From positions 1 to 64,000 of the forward strand of contig JBEKSC010000012.1 in NCBI GenBank assembly GCA_049517415.1: a DNA stretch of 64,000 nt. The letters run 5' to 3'. The translations under genes were made by a program, and so were the position numbers. The stretch is from Candidatus Bathyarchaeia archaeon (GTDB taxonomy: Archaea > Thermoproteota > Bathyarchaeia > 40CM-2-53-6). Below are positions 9,119-17,669 of the stretch, one piece after another (positions within the stretch are counted from its first letter, which is position 1; each line of letters starts with the position of its first letter). Under the pieces are notes generated by a model that saw only the letters and a list, made by a program, of their open reading frames with translations, did no database searches and had not been told where the DNA came from.

Positions 9119-9146
9119 GAGTGCAGGGGGCTGGATTTGAACCCAC
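9119..9146 (-). other. Isolated tRNA 3'-end fragment (Leu-like acceptor), possible att remnant
   Basis: Minus strand GTGGGTTCAAATCCAGCCCCCTGCACTC; no 5' half (GCAGGGG..) seen upstream. Confidence 0.6.
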
Positions 9147-9302
9147 GACTTGTAATGCCCGATATTTCTTTGCCACACAATCCGAGATAATTAGTTTGGA
9201 GCCTGGTCAAGGGCCGTGGTAATAGTCACGAAGGCATTCGACCCGCAAACGGCCGGGTTCCATCGCCCAGCCAACGGTCATGGCCATGAGTTGGAAATCG
9301 GG

Positions 9303-10247
9303 TCAGAGCTTTTTCACAACTTCGTCTGCGAATAGCTCTAATGCCTGAAGCTCTCTGTCGGGTTCGAGGTTCACAATTAAGTATTCTACCCCCACATCCC
9401 TGAAAGCTTCGACCTGCCGCCGCACCTCTTCAGGTGTCCCATAAATCGCGTACTCTAGACGCACGTACTCCTGGCGCCTAACCTCCGACATGTTCTTGAC
9501 CGCTTCCGCCAATTTCTCCTTATCCTTCTCAATCACTATGCGGCCAACCTTCGATTTGACAATTGAATCGTAATCTCTACCAACCGAACGACAATGTCCT
9601 CTCAAAACCCCAAACTTCTTTTTCACCGTCTCCACAGAGCCGAAAATATTGCAAGCGTCAGCGTACTTTGCCACGATCTTGAGCGTCCGCCGCTCTCCGC
9701 CCCCACCAATCATGATCGGGGGATGAGGTTTCTGAATCGGTTTCGGGTTGCAGTATGCGTCGCGTACTTGGTAAAATTTCCCGCTGAACGTTGCGCTTTC
9801 CTCCGTCCACATTTTCCTGATTATTTGCACTGCCTCTTCGAGGCGTTGCATCCTTTCCTTTACAGGTGGAAATGGGATTCCGTAAGCTGTGGCCTCATCT
9901 ACATTCCAAGCAGCGCCGATCCCCATGATTAGCCTACCCTTGCTTAGGACATCGAGAGTCGCGCCCATCTTAGCGAGAACCGAAGGATGCCTGTACACGA
10001 TTCCAGTAACGAGGGTACCAAGCTTGATTTTCTCCGTCAATCCCGCAACAACGGCCTGAGTTGTCCAACTTTCAAGTATCGGCTCTTGAAGTTGGCCGGC
10101 ACTTCGGATTTGGTGGAAGTGATCCATAACCCAGAACGAGTCGAAACCAAGTTTCTCAGCCCTCTGCGCAAGCGTTCTTAGCTTTTCGACGACTTCGGCG
10201 CCTTGCCCGTCGAATGTGAAGTTGGGATGTTGCAGGCCGAACTTCAA
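9303..10247 (-). CDS. LLM class F420-dependent oxidoreductase
   Basis: GFDSFWVMDHFHQI..LDVLSKGRLIMGIGAAW..PKPIQKPHPPIMIGGGGE. Confidence 0.93.
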   Translation of the reverse strand: MKFGLQHPNFTFDGQGAEVVEKLRTLAQRAEKLGFDSFWVMDHFHQIRSAGQLQEPILESWTTQAVVAGLTEKIKLGTLVTGIVYRHPSVLAKMGATLDVLSKGRLIMGIGAAWNVDEATAYGIPFPPVKERMQRLEEAVQIIRKMWTEESATFSGKFYQVRDAYCNPKPIQKPHPPIMIGGGGERRTLKIVAKYADACNIFGSVETVKKKFGVLRGHCRSVGRDYDSIVKSKVGRIVIEKDKEKLAEAVKNMSEVRRQEYVRLEYAIYGTPEEVRRQVEAFRDVGVEYLIVNLEPDRELQALELFADEVVKKL

Positions 10248-10541
10248 TTTGAGAATCTCCCTTCAACACTGTATCCATTACTCGAACGATTACTTATCAA
10301 CTTACCATGCATTTACCAAGACAAAACGACAGCGAGAACGACTCATTGTTGGTGCCTGTTCTTTGATCATCGGCTAATAGCGTGTTCATATTTCACAGAA
10401 GACAAAGTAACCTCCAATACTGGGTTCTGTTGCGGAGTAGGGTCTTAGCCTAAGGGTGTTGCGCGAGCGGGGCATGGTAGCGATTTTTGGACGAATACTT
10501 GGGAAGCTCTTAGAATATCGGCTAGTTCCTTAACTCATACC

Positions 10542-11291
10542 TCACTGCTTCTGTATGAAATATCTGGGTTGCACGCACTCTGCGTAGCGCTGAATTTCTT
10601 CCGGTTTGCTCAAGAAGAACTCATCAATTGCTTTCTTGCCTCCAGGATAGGCCGGTTCATCGTATTCGTCGAACACGATGAAACCCCCTCGCAAAACCTG
10701 CTGGTACAGGAACTTCAAGCAAGTCTTGTACGACTGGTAAAGGTCGCAATCTAAGTGCACGAGGCTGAAGTTCTCGTCTTTAAGGGAGGGCAGGGTGTCT
10801 TGGAAGAAGCCTCTTACTAGAGTGATGCGATCCGCGAACCCGAGACGTGCTATTTTTTTGATGAGGCGTTCGTAAGAAACGTCTTTGAAATGCCCTTTCT
10901 GGACGGCTGGATGGAATGATCCATCTGGCAGGGCATCTTGTTCGGTGGGTTTAGGGAATCCTTCGAACGAGTCCAAGCCGTACAGGTGCACGTTGATGCT
11001 TCGCAAGCTTAGCAGATGAGCCATGCCCAACAGCGTCTGACCAGAGTATGTGCCACATTCGATTATGGCTCCATCGAATCTCCCTGTGGAACGAACGATT
11101 CTGTCTAATGTGTAGAAACCCTTCCTGTGCTCAACCGTAGCAATGCCAAGAGCATACGTGATGATGGACGGGCACCGGGCCGGGCTCAAACGGTAAACAA
11201 AGGCGAGAATTGGCTCAACTAGTATAAGTAGAGCGCCCACAATTCGGATCAACAGTTTCATCGGGAAACGCCGTCGCATCATAACCGTCAA
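10542..11291 (-). CDS. TylF/MycF family O-methyltransferase
   Basis: GAIIECGTYSG..DSFEGFP..GFFQDTLP..VHLDCDLY..GGFIVFDEY. Confidence 0.92.
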   Translation of the reverse strand: MTVMMRRRFPMKLLIRIVGALLILVEPILAFVYRLSPARCPSIITYALGIATVEHRKGFYTLDRIVRSTGRFDGAIIECGTYSGQTLLGMAHLLSLRSINVHLYGLDSFEGFPKPTEQDALPDGSFHPAVQKGHFKDVSYERLIKKIARLGFADRITLVRGFFQDTLPSLKDENFSLVHLDCDLYQSYKTCLKFLYQQVLRGGFIVFDEYDEPAYPGGKKAIDEFFLSKPEEIQRYAECVQPRYFIQKQ

Positions 11292-11502
11292 TCTTTCCGG
11301 TAGCTTACAATCATTCCTCAGACAAGAAGAGTCTGGTGTTTTTCCATTAGAGTCAAGAATAAGTGGGTATGGGGGCAGTTTTGCCCTTGGTATAGAGAAG
11401 AAGATTTGATTAGCGTGTTGAATTTTCTTCGTGAACTTCTCTGACCGTACTAATGCCCCGCTGATGCAACACCGCTAGCCATGCCCGCTACGGTGCAATA
11501 GA

Positions 11503-11594
11503 ACCCAATACTGTCTTAACTGTGGTCATGAACTTCCAAAAGGAAGCGCGTTCTGCCTGGAATGCGGGCACGGCCCAAAATTAAACCCAGGTTA
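11503..11594 (+). pseudogene. Zinc-ribbon gene fragment
   Basis: Reads TQYCLNCGHELPKGSAFCLECGHGPKLNPG* with no start codon before the upstream in-frame stop. Confidence 0.4.
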
Positions 11595-11760
11595 AAGAAA
11601 CAGCAACAGACCTCCCTCCGATCGAAGAATACAAAGCAGTGAAGATAATCGGACTAGGTGACGTCGTTAAACTGGCGGCGCAGCAGAATGTGCGCACCGC
11701 TAGGCCCGACGACGAAACCTGAGCCGCTGTACGGAGAGCGTTCGAGTTCGGCCAGTTAGC

Positions 11761-12576
11761 GTGAGCGAGGGGATGCCAGGAACGAGAATTACGGATTACG
11801 TGAATGTTGTCGAACTTCATGATGTCTCTGTGACCTTCGACGAAACTAGAGTCATACGGCATGTAGACTGGATCATTCGAAAAGGTCAGCATTGGGCGCT
11901 GATCGGCCCAAATGGTTCAGGCAAGACCACGCTCTTGCGGGTGATTAACGGATATCTCTGGCCCACCACCGGGTCCGCAGCTGTTCTCGGGAAAAAGTTT
12001 GGCGCTTGTGATTTGAGAGAGCTCAGGAAGTCAATCGGATTTGCAAGCTCCTTTATGTCTGACAAAACTCCGCCAGAACTACCCGTACTCCAGGTTGTTC
12101 TCAGCGGGCGATTTGCCAGCATTGGATTATACGACCGGCCCTCCACAAAAGAAGTCAAGAGAGCACGATCACTCCTCGGAAAAGTGGGCTGTCTGCAACT
12201 AGCGGCTAAACGCTACCATACATTGTCTCAAGGGGAGAAGCAACGCATCGTAATCGCTCGAGCTCTGATGAGTTCCCCCAAAATCCTGATCCTGGACGAG
12301 AGCTGTGCTGGATTAGATTTGGACGCCCGCGAGGATCTTCTGAGACTAGTGGATTCTCTCGGGCGATCGGCTACGTCGCCGACCATGATCTTCGCTACAC
12401 ATAGGGTTGAAGAGATAAGCCCAGTATTCACGCATGTGCTGTTGATCAAAAAGGGTCGAATTGTAGCTTCGGGATCAAAGAAGGCGGTACTAAACACCGA
12501 GAACCTTAGAAAAGGGTTCAGACGCGATTTGATCGTTGTGAGAAGAAAAGGACGGTATAACACCATACTCTCCTAA
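11761..12576 (+). CDS. ABC transporter ATP-binding protein (ModF/YlmA-like), orphan
   Basis: Walker A GPNGSGKT, signature LSQGE, Walker B ILILDE. Confidence 0.92.
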   Translation: MSEGMPGTRITDYVNVVELHDVSVTFDETRVIRHVDWIIRKGQHWALIGPNGSGKTTLLRVINGYLWPTTGSAAVLGKKFGACDLRELRKSIGFASSFMSDKTPPELPVLQVVLSGRFASIGLYDRPSTKEVKRARSLLGKVGCLQLAAKRYHTLSQGEKQRIVIARALMSSPKILILDESCAGLDLDAREDLLRLVDSLGRSATSPTMIFATHRVEEISPVFTHVLLIKKGRIVASGSKKAVLNTENLRKGFRRDLIVVRRKGRYNTILS

Positions 12577-12753
12577 CCGTCATCGATGGGAAGAGTACAA
12601 TTAGAGAACGCAAGCCAAAATACTCACGCGAGCGTCTTCATCGCCGAGTCTAGTTTTAGTGTGTGTACCCTCTTATGCGGCCATTCAAAATCGTTGCCGT
12701 TTCCCTAATTTCGTGTGTGACTTTATGAAAGAATAACATGGTCGAGACGGCTT

Positions 12754-13719
12754 CTAATCGGTTCCCCAATCATAGTCAATATTTGAGCGGACGCCAAGTA
12801 TGCCTGCGGCCCAGGCGAGGCAAGTGACCTGCCTCAGATATTTCACGTCAGGCAGGTTTCTCTTTGGAAGAACAGGTTCGCTTATGCGGCACTTGCCGAA
12901 TTGGCATCCGGCGCATAATTTTCTGTGATCGGTCGACAGCGCCGAAGCAAGTGTTCGGATGTCCCACTTGATATATCGCTTTGACGTATTCAGTATTGAG
13001 TCTCTTTTGAAAGTGGTATGCCAATACTTCCGATAGAAGTTAACTGAACCTTTGCCATACCACTTGCGCTGTGCGAATAGCTCCTGCAAACTGTTGGGGT
13101 GAAGATGATAGACCACTGCTCTTGGTTCGAGGAGAATTACAACACCTTTCATCCTACGCAACTTGATAAACAACTCAATGTCTTCACAACTGAGGAGATC
13201 TTCACTGAATCGATTTCTCAAAAATAGTTCTCTGTCGAGGCTCAGGTTAGTTCCCGCCGCGCCATTCAATTTAATCATTCCATTCGGCTTCACGTTGTCT
13301 ATCCAATAGTTTGTCAGGAAATGACTTTGGATAACACGAGAGAACTTTGTTCTCCGTGCACTTCTTATTGCGCCCTGAACGCCATCTAGATGTAAGTTGT
13401 GTTGGTACGCTTCGACGTGGTACGAGTTGAGGTTCCTGTTTGCGTAACAGTCTGAGTCTATGAAAAGAATTGTGTTGCCTTCTGCTCGTTGGGCACCAAG
13501 GTTTCGTGAAGCTCCTCCGAAGTGCGACTTTCCATTAACTATTAGAGTGACATCCGAAAATTCCCTGACGATTTTTCTCGTGTCGTCGCTTGAATCACCG
13601 TCAACGACGAGGATCTCATGCAGTGGAGTCGTTTGATTGACCAAGGAAGAAAGACATCGCCGAATAGTTCCAGCAGAATTGAATGTGGGAATGACTGCGC
13701 TGATTTTGACCGGAGCCAA
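12754..13719 (-). CDS. Glycosyltransferase family 2
   Basis: SAVIPTFN..ILVVDGDSSD..SRNLG..LFIDSDC..EDIEL. Confidence 0.92.
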   Translation of the reverse strand: MAPVKISAVIPTFNSAGTIRRCLSSLVNQTTPLHEILVVDGDSSDDTRKIVREFSDVTLIVNGKSHFGGASRNLGAQRAEGNTILFIDSDCYANRNLNSYHVEAYQHNLHLDGVQGAIRSARRTKFSRVIQSHFLTNYWIDNVKPNGMIKLNGAAGTNLSLDRELFLRNRFSEDLLSCEDIELFIKLRRMKGVVILLEPRAVVYHLHPNSLQELFAQRKWYGKGSVNFYRKYWHTTFKRDSILNTSKRYIKWDIRTLASALSTDHRKLCAGCQFGKCRISEPVLPKRNLPDVKYLRQVTCLAWAAGILGVRSNIDYDWGTD

Positions 13720-13771
13720 GGTGCAGCAACAATTATTATCAGCCCACTAGTTCGCTAATAAGGCTAATACG

Positions 13772-14182
13772 TTGTCGAAGCAAGATTCGTTCCCGTCAAG
13801 AGACGAGTCGATTATAGAGCGCGACTCTGATACTCTGCTATTGTTCGATACTCGGACAGGCACCCTATACGAGACGAATGAGGTCGCTAGACAGGTATGG
13901 CGAATGTGCGATGGACGCCACTCTCTCAACGCAATCTCGAGGGCGCTCCGTAGTGCCTACCAGCGTAGCGATGGCATTAGACACGTAGACACCGACATTG
14001 ATCAGTTTGTCTCAAGGTTAAGCAAACTACGTCTCGTTCAACTCAACTACCGGAACCGAGCTGCCGAAAGCCGCTCCCGCAAGAAGCTGCCAGACAAGAG
14101 TGCGAGTTGCTATCGTACTCCTAAGGTGAGGAAAGTTTGGAGCGACAGAACCGCACCCTCAGGATTTCTAGTAGAAATCTAA
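13772..14182 (+). CDS. PqqD family / RiPP recognition element protein with C-terminal extension
   Basis: LLFDTRTGTLYETNEVARQVWRMCDGRHSLNAI..DIDQFVSRLSKLRLV is a typical PqqD pattern. Confidence 0.85.
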   Translation: MSKQDSFPSRDESIIERDSDTLLLFDTRTGTLYETNEVARQVWRMCDGRHSLNAISRALRSAYQRSDGIRHVDTDIDQFVSRLSKLRLVQLNYRNRAAESRSRKKLPDKSASCYRTPKVRKVWSDRTAPSGFLVEI

Positions 14183-14196
14183 GGCACAGATGATAA

Positions 14197-15147
14197 CTCA
14201 CGAGAATCATTCTCCAAATCTATGGCCTACATGTACTTCTCTACTCCCATAGCGACGTCCTAAGTCAAGAGCTACTAAGAGATTTTGAGCCATATCTATG
14301 TGACACCCGGAAACGCATTGACGCTCGAGTTAACTTTCTTCCCAGCCACTCAAACAGGCTTAAAATCCCCATCGGCGCAGCCAGAGATGTCTACGCCCGA
14401 GACATGGAAATCTTCACGAAATCAAACATTCGATACTTGAGGTTCGGAAAGAGTAGCGCCGCAAGAATCAATCTTAGGACTGGGAGTGTTGACGTCTTTC
14501 TGGAGAGACGCCTCGAGAGAACTCCTATCCCAAGGTCCTTCGCGAAATGGTCCGTAATAGTTGGCCTCGAGGGCAAGAATCGATTTCCTCTCCACTCGTC
14601 AGCAGTTCAAGACAGAAAACGCATACGTATATTCGTGGGACGCTCCGGAACCGGCAAAACCACTCTACTGCTGCTTCACCTCGCGCGCGGAGACATTGTA
14701 CTGACTGACGATGTACTCTTCCTTGGCAGAGGGGAAGCTTACCCGTTCTTGTTTCGAGGAAACGTACGCAAGGAAACTCTAAGCAATCTCCGCCGCTGTG
14801 GCGACTCGGTCAGCTCGCGTCTGAAGGCCGGATTGATAGACTTTGCGTCGATTTTTCCTTCTAGACTCGACCGAGTTCAGCTAAATGACGTGGCCGTGTA
14901 TTACCTTAACGTCTGGCATTCGCGCACTAGCAGAATTCAACGTGTTAATCCTGGGCGAATGGTGGGTTTGCTCACCGACACTTACATTTCAGAAATGAAC
15001 CAATCCTACTGGTTCGGTTGGCGCACTCGCGAAAGAATCTCAAAGGTCATGCAGGTCTATTCGAACTTTCTCGAAAACGCAGATTGCTATGAACTTCTAG
15101 CCGGAAGTGATTTGTCTCAATTATACAACCTTATACAACGTAGTTGA
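14197..15147 (+). CDS. HprK-related kinase (P-loop); reading frame open 69 codons upstream of the first ATG at 14404
   Basis: PLHSSAV..FVGRSGTGKTT..VLTDD; in-frame upstream sequence LTRIILQIYGLHVLLYSHSD..RDFEPY is stop-free from 14197. Confidence 0.75.
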   Translation, partial: LTRIILQIYGLHVLLYSHSDVLSQELLRDFEPYLCDTRKRIDARVNFLPSHSNRLKIPIGAARDVYARDMEIFTKSNIRYLRFGKSSAARINLRTGSVDVFLERRLERTPIPRSFAKWSVIVGLEGKNRFPLHSSAVQDRKRIRIFVGRSGTGKTTLLLLHLARGDIVLTDDVLFLGRGEAYPFLFRGNVRKETLSNLRRCGDSVSSRLKAGLIDFASIFPSRLDRVQLNDVAVYYLNVWHSRTSRIQRVNPGRMVGLLTDTYISEMNQSYWFGWRTRERISKVMQVYSNFLENADCYELLAGSDLSQLYNLIQRS

Positions 15148-16388
15148 GACCAGGGCTCTTACAACAAACCATGGGAACACTCATGGACAGTGCTGCCTTC
15201 GACGCGAACAAGCAATTAGTGGAGGTACTAGCTAGAGGACTTGGGGTGGATCAAACCGCCACACCCTCCATTAGGAAGCAGAGTGCCACTCCTGCTTTGA
15301 TGCTTGAAGCCGCAATCGCCAATGACGTTTTCTATCCGATCTACAATTGGTTGAAGCGCGAGTCCCTTAGAGACAAGACGTTGAAAGGAAGGTATGAGCG
15401 TCTATTCTACCAATACGTCACTGGTCAGTCTATCCAACAAGCAGAAGCAGCGAATCTCCTAAGGACCTTCAAAGAAAAAGGACTGGAAGTCATGCCTCTA
15501 AAGGGACTTTTTCTTTCCACTCAATACTACAAAGACCCGTTAATGCGCTACTCCCGCGACTGGGATTTCTTGTTCAAATCCAAAACCGATCGATTCTTCG
15601 CCGAAAAAGCACTAGTCAAAGCAGGATATCATGTCAGCTTCGCTCTGCCACTCCAAACGACATTCAGCAAGCGCATTTCGCGGTTCTCCGCTCATTGCGA
15701 GACGCATAGCGTCCCGATCTCTTTGACACTTTCGTTCGGGTATCCACTGTGGTACGACTTATGGTCCAGGTCACGATCGGCTCAGTTAATGGGCTCTCCC
15801 GCTCATTTGATGCAGCCTGAAGACGCGTTCATGGTACTGTGCGCTCACGCTCTTACGAAAGGACTACTTTCAATGCGAGATCTCATGGACTTCATTGTGA
15901 TCCTAAGAGAATTCGACTCGTCCAGTTGGAATCATTTGAAGCGGCTTTCAGAGGCCCCAATTTGGCGGTACATAATTGCGGTTCCCTTGGTCATATATTC
16001 CACAATCGGCGAGATCCTCCTGTCAAGGGAACTTGTGCCAAAGGAAATGGTTCGTTTCTTTGCTACTGACACAAGCATCCGAATAGAAGATTCAAGGAAA
16101 CTCGTCGGTTTTCTCCTTAGAGAGCATGGAATGCCCATTGACCTGCGGTATGTAATGAGGTATTTCGGCTATTCCGGGACACCATTATTCGAAGTTTACT
16201 TACTATGGAACGAAGGGCGCGAACTCACATTCTTCGGAATAATCAAAACAATATTCCTCGAAGGCTGTCAGAGTCTAGCCCTCGCAAGATCTGAATTGAA
16301 CCAAGGATACGCGAAGAACTGTGTTCAATCCTATCTTTCAACATACATATTGCGATACTTCAGAAGATACAGAGCTGGAGCCGCGTAA
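15144..16388 (+). CDS. Nucleotidyltransferase family protein (NTP_transf_5-like)
   Basis: MPLKGLFLS..YY.DP.MRYSRDWDFL..ETH..PED..LCAH..RDLMD. Confidence 0.85.
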   Translation: MRPGLLQQTMGTLMDSAAFDANKQLVEVLARGLGVDQTATPSIRKQSATPALMLEAAIANDVFYPIYNWLKRESLRDKTLKGRYERLFYQYVTGQSIQQAEAANLLRTFKEKGLEVMPLKGLFLSTQYYKDPLMRYSRDWDFLFKSKTDRFFAEKALVKAGYHVSFALPLQTTFSKRISRFSAHCETHSVPISLTLSFGYPLWYDLWSRSRSAQLMGSPAHLMQPEDAFMVLCAHALTKGLLSMRDLMDFIVILREFDSSSWNHLKRLSEAPIWRYIIAVPLVIYSTIGEILLSRELVPKEMVRFFATDTSIRIEDSRKLVGFLLREHGMPIDLRYVMRYFGYSGTPLFEVYLLWNEGRELTFFGIIKTIFLEGCQSLALARSELNQGYAKNCVQSYLSTYILRYFRRYRAGAA

Positions 16389-16534
16389 GCTCTACGCCAT
16401 ATTGTTTGAAGTAACCTCTTCTGCAGACACTCCTGCGGGAACACAGTGCTCGCAATGCCAATTTGAATTAGTTATGCAAATCAAACCCAAAGACATATGT
16501 CAAACGCCAAGTGGGAAATACGCAGTGTCCCTGA

Positions 16535-16867
16535 ATGAAAATTGAAAATGTGCCTTTTCATACTATTATGTGGTCCACGATATCGCCTACAGAACACCCC
16601 GGCGAACAAGGTAAGGCTCTCTGGAGGACCGTAACTGTTGGGAATATCCGTGTTCGCATGGTGGAATACTCGCCTGGGTACGTAGCAAATCACTGGTGTT
16701 CTCGCGGACATGTACTATTAGTGCTTCAAGGCGAGTTGATCACTGAGCTAAAAGACGGACGCAAGTTTGTTCTACAACAGGGCTCAAGTTACCAGGTCTC
16801 GGATGATGACGCGAATCCCCATAGGTCACGGACGGAGAAAGGGGCACAGCTGTTTATTGTTGATTGA
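16535..16867 (+). CDS. DHCW-motif cupin fold protein
   Basis: EHPGEQG.A.WR..RVRMVEYSPGYVANHWCSRGH..LFIVD. Confidence 0.88.
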   Translation: MKIENVPFHTIMWSTISPTEHPGEQGKALWRTVTVGNIRVRMVEYSPGYVANHWCSRGHVLLVLQGELITELKDGRKFVLQQGSSYQVSDDDANPHRSRTEKGAQLFIVD

Positions 16868-16894
16868 ACCTCAGCGACGAAACCCATATGACAA

Positions 16895-17449
16895 TTGAGT
16901 CTGAGCCTGGCGTTCCAAGAAGAATATTATCTACAACAAAAGGGTCAAGTCGTGGGCGAGGGATCGAGCCTGGAACCTGCTGAAGGAGTGATCATCGACA
17001 CTGTCGAGGATGTGATGGGCCAAACATCAGACACTCGCTACGATCTCCTGTTCACAAATAGCCAGGTAATTGCAGCCATCGTTCTTCACCCATCAGATCT
17101 CACACCAGCGTATACCAAAAGAGCCGGATTGCAAGAACTAGCAATGGGGGCTGCAATACGAATGCGGCAAGTTCGAGCGTTGTCGAGAAAAATAGAGAAC
17201 GAGAGAAGACAGGGATTCAAGAACAAGACGCCGGACGCAATTCTTAGAACTCATAGGGCTAGTTTCAAAATATCTTACAAGGATATTTTTTCTGCGAAAG
17301 TTGTCGAAGGTCTATTTGGCGTTAGGCTTGAGTTCGACGCGTACGCGATGAATGGAATCCGCAGAAAGTTCAAGTTCAAATTGCATACAGCGGATCAGGA
17401 GAATGTGAGAAGGCTGCTAAACCTTACTCTGCCGGGCAAAGTTGTTTAG
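16895..17449 (+). CDS. Hypothetical protein (possible PH-like fold)
   Basis: 184-aa ORF; YDLLFTNSQVI..ISYKDI pattern; start uncertain. Confidence 0.55.
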   Translation: MSLSLAFQEEYYLQQKGQVVGEGSSLEPAEGVIIDTVEDVMGQTSDTRYDLLFTNSQVIAAIVLHPSDLTPAYTKRAGLQELAMGAAIRMRQVRALSRKIENERRQGFKNKTPDAILRTHRASFKISYKDIFSAKVVEGLFGVRLEFDAYAMNGIRRKFKFKLHTADQENVRRLLNLTLPGKVV

Positions 17450-17669
17450 CTCACTCAATTATTTTGCGATTTCGTGTGATAATGACGTTCACGGTCGCGT
17501 GTCTCTTAGCGCTTATTGCCATTGTGCGGATAGAGGCGTTCGAGACTCTCAGCCACTATCGCAGAGCCAAGTGTTAGGATATCACTTAGTGATTGGAAAT
17601 CGGTTGCACTAATAAGAAAGAATAATCGCAACTATTTCCGGTGCCTACAACGTCGACGGAGGAGACCGA

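Noticed and set aside
610..9146. CRISPR array reading of the repeats
   Set aside because: Copies are degenerate, lie in both orientations and are mostly separated by gene-sized segments rather than 30-45 bp spacers; no cas genes.
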